Source of the DNA: a virus | Lineage: Duplodnaviria > Caudoviricetes | DNA length: 40,141 nt | Strand: one strand, 5' to 3' | Virus record (IMG/VR): IMGVR_UViG_3300030392_000361 | Coordinates: 1 to 40,141 of that record | In this document: one piece after another, positions 8,970 to 15,860 of the stretch | How the letters are laid out: each line of letters begins with the position of its first letter | Position numbering within the stretch: position 1 is the first letter of the stretch | Position numbers and translations under genes: made by a program | Notes under the pieces: generated by a model | Seen by the model: the letters and a program-made list of their open reading frames with translations, nothing else | The model's database searches: none | What the model was told of the DNA's origin: nothing

Positions 8970-9113
8970 TTATCTCACCCCCTTAATAAAGCTGAGACAG
9001 TTCTTATCAGAGCAATGCTTATGCCCCCCTCTGATAAGACAGTTGTCTACCCGACAGTCCGTGAAGGACTTTGATGCCGGGTGGTTGTTGCACCTAACTA
9101 TTCTTCTTGCCAT
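8970..9113 (-). CDS. 47-aa Cys/His-rich peptide (MARRIVRCNNHP...), below the ORF-track cutoff
   Basis: GAGGAG RBS, ATG 9113, TAA 8972-8970; fills the operon gap. Confidence 0.65.
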   Translation of the reverse strand: MARRIVRCNNHPASKSFTDCRVDNCLIRGGHKHCSDKNCLSFIKGVR

Positions 9114-9190
9114 TTCCAATCTCCTCTATCTAGTTTCGGTGGGTTACTGACCCACTCTCATTCAGTCTGGATAAGTTGTCCAGAGACTAG

Positions 9191-9218
9191 TAACCCCCTG
9201 CCAAATGACAGGGGGTTA
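9191..9218. repeat. Hairpin CCCCCTG-CCAAATGA-CAGGGGG (copy 1 of 2)
   Basis: Identical core at 9806-9829; intergenic. Confidence 0.8.
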
Positions 9219-9225
9219 TATGTAC

Positions 9226-9567
9226 CTATGGTAGCTTGACCCGACCATAGGATTTTCTAATGTAGGTTGCTGATGGAATCATCCTCTCAGCACTACCCAG
9301 CATCTGTTCTGAGTGACCACCGTAGTGTTGGGGAAATTCAGTGCAATGGTTACGTACAACTTGCTTCAATGGATTTGCTTGGATATAGGTACCATCACCA
9401 CACTGTTCAGCTTGCCACTGTCTGTCCCAGAGGAGCCCACATTCAGAGCAGTACCAGAGGGGACTGTCTTCCAGTTCTTTCTCTACGTACCAGACATCAG
9501 TAGTACTAGCGTGTACTTCCATCATGGCTGTAGCTATTTTGCGGTCTGTCTTAATCGCTGTCATCAA
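9226..9567 (-). CDS. Hypothetical protein with CSEC..C motif
   Basis: Operon position and RBS. Confidence 0.7.
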   Translation of the reverse strand: MMTAIKTDRKIATAMMEVHASTTDVWYVEKELEDSPLWYCSECGLLWDRQWQAEQCGDGTYIQANPLKQVVRNHCTEFPQHYGGHSEQMLGSAERMIPSATYIRKSYGRVKLP

Positions 9568-9571
9568 TTAT

Positions 9572-9784
9572 TCACCTTCCTTCCTGTACTTTTCTGATTG
9601 CGTGTCTCAAGTTAAGCACATGACTTTTGGCCCCATATTTATCGTCCTCATACTGTGCAAATCCATCGTAGAGTGAGAGGTAATCCTTCAGGGACGTTCC
9701 TGTACAACATCTCTTTGATGCTGTTTCCATCCATTTAACCAGAGCTTCACACTCTTGTTGATTCAGTGTTATTCCATCCATCAT
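9572..9784 (-). CDS. Small hypothetical protein
   Basis: AAGGTG RBS before ATG 9784. Confidence 0.6.
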   Translation of the reverse strand: MMDGITLNQQECEALVKWMETASKRCCTGTSLKDYLSLYDGFAQYEDDKYGAKSHVLNLRHAIRKVQEGR

Positions 9785-9805
9785 TTCACCTTTTCCTTTA
9801 CTAAT

Positions 9806-9829
9806 CCCCCCTGCCAAATGACAGGGGGG
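9806..9829. repeat. Hairpin CCCCCCTG-CCAAATGA-CAGGGGGG (copy 2 of 2)
   Basis: Abuts palindromic box copy 4. Confidence 0.8.
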
Positions 9830-9843
9830 TTGGTGTACACCTA
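9830..9843. promoter_or_regulatory. Palindromic box (TAGGTGTACACCAA on the minus strand; copy 4)
   Basis: Its TAG is the stop codon of 9841..10791. Confidence 0.8.
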
Positions 9844-10791
9844 TGCTAATCCCAGTTCCTCAGCAGTCTTCATGTTGGTGTCACAAGACGCACAGTCGAG
9901 GGCAACTTCACCACGCTCCCACCTACCAGTGGGAACCATGACCTTGAGGTCACAGGCTGGGCATATGAGGTTGACCCTCTTAGCCTTGGGTGGTGCCTTG
10001 GCTGCTACCTTGCCCATATCGATGGCGGTTATGTCTAACTTCTTCACCATCTTCTTGCCTTCTTTGCCGATGTTGGTAGTTAGCTTGGCATAGTTATCAA
10101 GTTCAACAAGTTCCAGCCATCCAAGCTGGTCAACAAGAGCCTCAAAGCTGTAGTCCTTATTGGCTGTGTATCTCCTGTGACCGCCAGCCTTGTTGCAGTC
10201 ACGCTCTTTCTCATCGGCAGCAATGAGATATGACCAGAGATGAAGAGTCTCATGGAAGATGATGTTGCCTACCTCATCGGCTGTCTTGCCATGCAGGTTC
10301 CAGATGTTGATGAGTATCTCAGAGCCTTTCATGTCTCCGATGAGTGTCTCACCGTACTTGGTGCCATGACCACAGAAGTGACCGCCAGTGTCACCATCTC
10401 TCTCAGAACGACCAGTCTTGCTGGCTGCCTCTCCGATTCGGACGGCACATCTGAAGTCACCAAGGTTCTTGATCGCTGTCTCAGGATCTTTTGAATTCTT
10501 AGCCATCTGTTGAAGGGTAGCTACGGCAGCTTTCTCAAGCATGGTTTCATACTTGGCGTAGCTAGTGACCGTTGCCTTTAGTTTCCCATCGAGGCTGGGT
10601 GCCTCAAGCACCGGGTTCTTGAGAAACAATGGTTCTGGTGTGGCTGGTTCGGGCGGTGCCTCTGGTGCCACTGGCTCTGCCACTGGTGTTGGGGTTGTTC
10701 CTCTGGTTTCGTCACACCCATCCTTGAGGCAGACATTGCCACCTCTCCAACTGTGCCTGTGGGCTGACTCGTTCTTTGTTCCCTTTGTCAT
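9841..10791 (-). CDS. SprT-like zinc metalloprotease
   Basis: EILIN..IIFHETLHLW (HExxH), downstream GGH, C-terminal CPAC..CASC zinc ribbon. Confidence 0.8.
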   Translation of the reverse strand: MTKGTKNESAHRHSWRGGNVCLKDGCDETRGTTPTPVAEPVAPEAPPEPATPEPLFLKNPVLEAPSLDGKLKATVTSYAKYETMLEKAAVATLQQMAKNSKDPETAIKNLGDFRCAVRIGEAASKTGRSERDGDTGGHFCGHGTKYGETLIGDMKGSEILINIWNLHGKTADEVGNIIFHETLHLWSYLIAADEKERDCNKAGGHRRYTANKDYSFEALVDQLGWLELVELDNYAKLTTNIGKEGKKMVKKLDITAIDMGKVAAKAPPKAKRVNLICPACDLKVMVPTGRWERGEVALDCASCDTNMKTAEELGLA

Positions 10792-10858
10792 TGCTGACTC
10801 CTTTACTCCCCCTTTAGGGGGACTTGTTTAACCTGTCCATATGGACAAGCTACGCCTG

Positions 10859-10887
10859 ATTTTATACTAGCCCTAAAGGGCTGTCAA
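10859..10887 (-). promoter_or_regulatory. Strong sigma70 promoter TTGACA-17-TAAAAT
   Basis: -35 at 10887-10882, -10 at 10864-10859; upstream of the SprT-like gene. Confidence 0.8.
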
Positions 10888-10899
10888 ATAACAGCCCCT

Positions 10900-10913
10900 T
10901 AGGTGCACACCAA
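10900..10913. promoter_or_regulatory. Palindromic box variant TAGGTGCACACCAA (copy 5, one mismatch)
   Basis: 3 bp past the stop of 10917..11243 and 12 bp upstream of the -35. Confidence 0.7.
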
Positions 10914-10916
10914 GGT

Positions 10917-11243
10917 TTAATATCCAAAGAAATTTGCTATCTGTCCTGACATATATGTTTCATGGTCACCATAGTCATTAAAGAATTGTGTGATATGACA
11001 GTCTTCTAGGTGATTCATTACTTGATAGCCATATACACTTTTATCTATTGCCACACAGGTAGGTCTTGGGTATACCCATTGAAACTTCCCCGATACTCGC
11101 CTCCAACTTCTTTCGGGGAAGTTATAATCACAACCATGAGATGTGAGGATGGTATCTACCAACTTCCTTGGTAGTTCTATGTCTGGAAAATGGAGTGTCA
11201 TATCTACAAGATCGTTGCCTGTTTCTCTATTTAAATAACTCAT
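10917..11243 (-). CDS. Hypothetical early protein
   Basis: ORF preceded by a tandemly duplicated GGATTTAAAAA leader (11243-11264). Confidence 0.7.
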   Translation of the reverse strand: MSYLNRETGNDLVDMTLHFPDIELPRKLVDTILTSHGCDYNFPERSWRRVSGKFQWVYPRPTCVAIDKSVYGYQVMNHLEDCHITQFFNDYGDHETYMSGQIANFFGY

Positions 11244-11274
11244 TTTTAAATCCTTTTTAAATCCTCTTGAATTA

Positions 11275-11320
11275 ATGTTTCAGGTACACCCCCCCCTTTA
11301 GGGGGGTTACCCTGAAACAT
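11275..11320 (-). repeat. 46-bp inverted-repeat element A: ATGTTTCA-N30-TGAAACAT with central C-run/G-run hairpin
   Basis: Same length and architecture as 12891-12936. Confidence 0.75.
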
Positions 11321-11371
11321 ATATTTATTTAACCCACTAATCTTCATAGGCAATCTCCTTTTTCTGGCTGC

Positions 11372-11599
11372 CTAATAGCCTAGCCAAATGTATAGTTCTT
11401 TCCTGTCGTATCTGTCCTCAATTCCCATCTGCTTGCGGAAGGTTGAGGCTGGGTATTTGGGAGAACATATACACTCCGTGTATTCTTCCTCGTCACCGTC
11501 CTCTACTATCGGCTTGCAGCAGTAGCTGCAGGTATCCAGCCCCCAGCCATGATCCTCAAGGATATCTAATGCCTGTTCAAAACTAACTGTCATGTTCAT
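11372..11599 (-). CDS. Small Cys-rich hypothetical protein
   Basis: CSYCC..CIC; start at 11599 or 11593 after AAGGA. Confidence 0.65.
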   Translation of the reverse strand: MNMTVSFEQALDILEDHGWGLDTCSYCCKPIVEDGDEEEYTECICSPKYPASTFRKQMGIEDRYDRKELYIWLGY

Positions 11600-11638
11600 T
11601 TCCTTTTGCCCTTTAGGGCAGCTTGTATGTTCGACCCT

Positions 11639-11652
11639 TTGGTGTACACCTA
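11639..11652. promoter_or_regulatory. Palindromic box (TAGGTGTACACCAA on the minus strand; copy 6)
   Basis: 11 bp past the stop of 11664..12401. Confidence 0.8.
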
Positions 11653-11663
11653 TTCTCTTGTTC

Positions 11664-12401
11664 TTATTCTCCTTCGACAATCACCACACTTTTTGCCTGT
11701 AAATTTGTGCCTGAGCACAGCCCACATTTGGCACAGGTTATCTTGTCTTTATCGCTGGGGCATTTCACCTCATTTCGATCAAAGTTTTCATAGCTGTTAG
11801 ATAGCCTGTAATAACGTGCATTTGGATAGTACATTCGTAGCTGGTCAACTGTGTTGATATGATCAAGACTAGCCATCGAATATTCAAGGTGCCGGGCATC
11901 GAAAAATTCCTCTTTCCACTGGTGAGTATAGCTAGTGTATTTCGTGCCTGAAATTTGGATAATCGTGTCTATTATTTCGAATGGGATCATAGCTGGATCA
12001 CCATACGATCCAAACCTAATCCCTAGCTGGCGGTGATTAAGGATCACGCCAACCTCTTCAGGCGTCATTTGTATGTATCTGCTAGCCATCACAGCCCTGA
12101 ATTTGGCTGCCTCAGGCATACCTACATTTACGTAGCAAATACGTTTACCATTTTCATCTGGTCTCAGGGGGCAATTGCCACATATAGCTTTGTCGGCCCC
12201 TGATTTGTACCCCTCAACTGGATGCATATCAGCCAATAGGATCGACACTTGTGCCATTGGTCCAGTTTTTATGTTGGCTGATGGTTTCTTCATGCCTGTG
12301 ACAACAGCCATGATATTGGCACCATCGAAAGGTGATTTCCCTTCCCAGATTATGGCTGATGTTGCCATCTGTTTTTCTCTGTTCAACTCTTCAAATTTCA
12401 T
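11664..12401 (-). CDS. GP88-like / radical-SAM-like Cys-cluster early protein
   Basis: SANIKTG, ICGNCPLR..CYV, RFGSYGD, TSYTHQW, CP..TCAKCGLC; family recalled from phage early regions, not searched. Confidence 0.6.
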   Translation of the reverse strand: MKFEELNREKQMATSAIIWEGKSPFDGANIMAVVTGMKKPSANIKTGPMAQVSILLADMHPVEGYKSGADKAICGNCPLRPDENGKRICYVNVGMPEAAKFRAVMASRYIQMTPEEVGVILNHRQLGIRFGSYGDPAMIPFEIIDTIIQISGTKYTSYTHQWKEEFFDARHLEYSMASLDHINTVDQLRMYYPNARYYRLSNSYENFDRNEVKCPSDKDKITCAKCGLCSGTNLQAKSVVIVEGE

Positions 12402-12521
12402 TCGTAAATTTCCTTTACTTGTTAATCTCGTTTCCTAAGCCTCTACTCCTATGACGACCCCTTTAGGGGTCGGTTGCCCTTTTGGTTTTGTTCCTTAAGG
12501 AACAGGGGGCGAACTAGGCAC

Positions 12522-12550
12522 AGTTTATATAGCCATAGGCATGATGTCAA
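12522..12550 (-). promoter_or_regulatory. Major early sigma70 promoter TTGACA-17-TAAACT
   Basis: -35 at 12550-12545, -10 at 12527-12522. Confidence 0.75.
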
Positions 12551-12620
12551 AGTATAGGCACGATAGTCATAGCTTATGGTATTTAAGACAGCCCAAAAAG
12601 GAATAGCATCAAGAGCAGTC

Positions 12621-12679
12621 CAGTCCCGGAGGGACTGAGGGTCAGGTCAGAGCATCGAACTTCAGTCCCGGAGGGACTG
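12621..12679 (+). repeat. Two identical 17-nt hairpins CAGTCCC-GGA-GGGACTG, 42 bp apart
   Basis: Copies at 12621-12637 and 12663-12679. Confidence 0.9.
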
Positions 12680-12791
12680 GGGGCGATTTTGCCACTGGGT
12701 CGAAGCTGGAGGGGGTATGGCTTGAGACTTCTTTAATTTCTAAGCTTATACCCATGACAGAATTTTGCATGTAAAAGGGGGTTTGTGCCTA

Positions 12792-12871
12792 TGTTTCACC
12801 GAAACAACAGGAAATTTCAACGAAACAAGTAGTTATGTTTCAAGGAAATTGCAGCATATTTCAAGGAAACA
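12792..12871. repeat. Four phased 15-bp quasi-palindromes TGTTTC-N3-GAAACA (iteron-like)
   Basis: Starts at 12792, 12813, 12836 and 12857 (spacing 21, 23, 21). Confidence 0.8.
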
Positions 12872-12890
12872 ATAAGTCTTTATTATAATA

Positions 12891-12936
12891 ATGTTTCATA
12901 TATATAACCCCCCTTAAGGGGGTATATATGAAACAT
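12891..12936 (+). repeat. 46-bp inverted-repeat element B
   Basis: ATGTTTCATATATA..CCCCCC-TTAA-GGGGG..TATATGAAACAT upstream of the first late gene. Confidence 0.75.
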
Positions 12937-12976
12937 ATAATTAATGTATAGTATATTTTCACATTAGGAGGCATAG

Positions 12977-13204
12977 ATGGCAGGATCATATTTACATACT
13001 AATCCCCCTGACAGCGATCCACCCGGTAGACGCTGGAACCTTACAGATTTTCTTGGAAAAGTAAGACCACAGATATTCCTTAGTATTATTTTGCTGGGAC
13101 TTATTGCTATCATAGGAATGATTCAAGGACTTAATGAAGTGACTGTCGGTTGCGTGGCAGGAATAATCGCACTATCCAAGGATGTACTGCAGTCAGACTC
13201 ATAG
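12977..13204 (+). CDS. Small two-TM membrane protein (holin-like size and topology)
   Basis: AGGAGG RBS; two hydrophobic helices IFLSIILLGLIAIIGM and VTVGCVAGIIALS. Confidence 0.7.
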   Translation: MAGSYLHTNPPDSDPPGRRWNLTDFLGKVRPQIFLSIILLGLIAIIGMIQGLNEVTVGCVAGIIALSKDVLQSDS

Positions 13205-13212
13205 GAGCATAG

Positions 13213-15360
13213 ATGCCTCACGTACCATGGCACAGAGATTCAGGTCTGCTTGGTATAGATACACCTATCCCGGCAGATTCTTATAAATCGGGCTTTGGTA
13301 TGCCTACCACCTCTGTCAGGGACACGGTGGCAGGTGCGGTAGAAGGATACAAGGGTCCGACTGACTATGACTTACCCCCTGAAACTCTTGGGATACTGTT
13401 GGACATACTTGGGTTTGGGGTGGGTACGGCTTACAACTGGAACAACATGGGTCCAGTGGAGCGATCACTATCTGTACTCTTTGACGCAATAGACATTGGC
13501 ACTCTTGGTGGTGGAAAGCTTGCAACTGTTCCACTCAAGGCAGCATTAAAGCTAGGTTCTAGAATTCCTAATCCTAGGTCTGTGACGCCAGAGACAGAAT
13601 TTTTAAGGATAGGACAGCCAAATTTTGCTGATATTGACTTTGCAGGAATGGGTCGAGGCGAAGTACCGTGGCTTGACCCTGACTATACTAGGGGATTTAG
13701 AAGTGAATATCCTGATATAAACCAGCGGTTCCCATTAGGTGGCGTTCCAGAAGGAGAGGATATTCTGGACATACTCAGGTATGGATCATCATGGCAACAT
13801 AATCCTCAGGGAAGAACAATCAACTGGGATGACTGGTTTGAAAATATGGAAGCAGGTTTTCAGCCTAGGAATCTTACATTACAACCATCACACGCAGGAT
13901 TAAACATAAAAGACCCTACTGATCTCAGTTTGGATATGCCATTTAGAACTGCTGGTGAAGTACCAAATCAATGGGGTATCTATACCGAACCCGGTATGTC
14001 AGCTTATATAGCTAAGATGATTCAATCAGGAGATAAAGAAGGGCTTGCAGCAATACAAGCAAAGCTTGATGAATTAAAAGATTATTATGATGAAATGATA
14101 TCTATCGTAGATAAAGATGGCACTGTAGTTCACACAATGTCACGTAAAGATTTTCTAATTCAGCAAGATATGTACAATCCACCTATTAAGAGAATAGGAC
14201 CACCACCCCCACTTTATGGTGAAGACCCAGTTACTGGTCTGCCAGAAATGATGTTTGATGCTGATGGGGAGATGCTCTTTGACACTAGTGTACCCGGTGG
14301 CTATATGGATGATGATATATGGGACATACATGAATTAGTAGACGAATACCAATCGATAAATCCAGTAGATGCACTTCCTTATGAGCTTCCTGTATTTCTT
14401 AAAAATTATCAGCCGAACTATCCTTTTCCATGGGATTTTTCTGATCCTGATATGTTAAAGAATCTAGTGGGAGAGAATTTTCAACATATGATCCAAAAAT
14501 CGCCTTCTATGGGATGGCTGCCACGTTCTCCTGAACAGTTTGTAGGAGATTTGCGTCTGATAGATGAGAGTGGCACTGATATACAAGGAGTACTAGACCC
14601 AAAGGCTGCATGGAATATACCAAGCGAAGTACCTGAACATACTGATTTTTTTAAGGCATGGTATAAAACTATTGGAAACGAATTCATTGATTATGCTTTG
14701 AGGATGGGAGAGATATCTGATACACATGCGGATACATTAAGAAAAAATCCTGAAGCTCTCCAATATCTATTAAGAGGGGCTAACTATCCTCTATTCCAAG
14801 AACATACTATGCTTGGATCGACTATACCGGGACATCCTGAATATATAAAATCTCTACAAGGAGGACCTATTCAACAGCCAAGACTTCAAAAACCATTCTA
14901 TGGTAAAGGCGAACCACTTCCTGTATTAGGATCAGATGAAGAACTATTAATAAGAGCAGGAGAAAATCCGTTTTCAATGCTTTCTGTAGCTAATCCTGCG
15001 AATATATTCCAGCTTAATCCTGAGATGTCTCGATTAATATTTTCTGATACCGATGTATATGGAAGGAAAATTCTTCCTTGGCACCAGACTTATAATCAAA
15101 ACCTTATGGGCGATTACAGTGGGAATATAGCTGATCAACTACCACTTGGAATTGGATTGACTCATACAGCACCAATAACTAGGGCAATAAAAATGTCTGA
15201 TCAACCTGACTGGATGACTGCCTTTGAAGAACAAGAGGCAACACAGGCAGCAGCCGAGAATCAGGCATTAATTAATGAGTATAACGCTATGATAAAAAGA
15301 GATGCATTGAACCAGTTTACTGGTGGCTTTGCAGACTTCAGGGGAATTAATGCCAGCTAG
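13213..15360 (+). CDS. 715-aa protein of unknown function upstream of the terminase
   Basis: AGGAG RBS; long ORF; no confident domain. Confidence 0.8.
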   Translation: MPHVPWHRDSGLLGIDTPIPADSYKSGFGMPTTSVRDTVAGAVEGYKGPTDYDLPPETLGILLDILGFGVGTAYNWNNMGPVERSLSVLFDAIDIGTLGGGKLATVPLKAALKLGSRIPNPRSVTPETEFLRIGQPNFADIDFAGMGRGEVPWLDPDYTRGFRSEYPDINQRFPLGGVPEGEDILDILRYGSSWQHNPQGRTINWDDWFENMEAGFQPRNLTLQPSHAGLNIKDPTDLSLDMPFRTAGEVPNQWGIYTEPGMSAYIAKMIQSGDKEGLAAIQAKLDELKDYYDEMISIVDKDGTVVHTMSRKDFLIQQDMYNPPIKRIGPPPPLYGEDPVTGLPEMMFDADGEMLFDTSVPGGYMDDDIWDIHELVDEYQSINPVDALPYELPVFLKNYQPNYPFPWDFSDPDMLKNLVGENFQHMIQKSPSMGWLPRSPEQFVGDLRLIDESGTDIQGVLDPKAAWNIPSEVPEHTDFFKAWYKTIGNEFIDYALRMGEISDTHADTLRKNPEALQYLLRGANYPLFQEHTMLGSTIPGHPEYIKSLQGGPIQQPRLQKPFYGKGEPLPVLGSDEELLIRAGENPFSMLSVANPANIFQLNPEMSRLIFSDTDVYGRKILPWHQTYNQNLMGDYSGNIADQLPLGIGLTHTAPITRAIKMSDQPDWMTAFEEQEATQAAAENQALINEYNAMIKRDALNQFTGGFADFRGINAS

Positions 15361-15368
15361 GAGAACTT

Positions 15369-15860
15369 ATGGCTCGTAAAACAAAAGATGAAACCGTGGC
15401 AGTACAGGAAGCATTTCTTGCTGTATACGGAGAGTGCGGAACAATACGGACAGCATGTAAGGCAGCCAATGTTTCAAGAGCCACGGTATACAGGTGGATT
15501 GATACCAATGCCCATGGGTTCAAGGAGAAACATTCTGCTACATACGAAATTTTTAAAGACTATCTTCAGGACTTGGCACTGGAAAGGATTAAGGGACAGG
15601 GACCAAAAGATAACCCCATGCTCCTGATGTCCTACCTTAACGCCCATATTCCCGAACTATTCAAACGTAATGCCACTGGTACGGATTCCGTAGCCAAGGA
15701 CATCATGGCTGAACTCAAGAGATGGCGTAAGGATGCAGATAAAGATTACAAAGAGACTAGAGATGCAGAAGAGGTTGATGCTCGTAAGAATGCTATAGAT
15801 CAGGTAGAGAAGATACTCTCAAGAAAGAGGGACTCTGATGACAACATCCAGCAGTCTTGA
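15369..15860 (+). CDS. terS: Terminase small subunit (HTH)
   Basis: IRTACKAANVSRATVYRW HTH; immediately upstream of TerL. Confidence 0.8.
   Translation: MARKTKDETVAVQEAFLAVYGECGTIRTACKAANVSRATVYRWIDTNAHGFKEKHSATYEIFKDYLQDLALERIKGQGPKDNPMLLMSYLNAHIPELFKRNATGTDSVAKDIMAELKRWRKDADKDYKETRDAEEVDARKNAIDQVEKILSRKRDSDDNIQQS

Noticed and set aside
12792-12806. Canonical parS site
   Set aside because: 15 bp with a 3-bp centre rather than the 16-bp consensus, and no parA/parB genes; kept only as parS-like
12621-12871. Mini CRISPR array
   Set aside because: Only two 17-nt repeats in one set and 6-8 bp gaps in the other; no cas genes; the geometry does not fit
12440-12976. tRNA or other known RNA gene in the central non-coding region
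   Set aside because: No cloverleaf or T-loop pattern seen; only isolated hairpins such as 12713-12753
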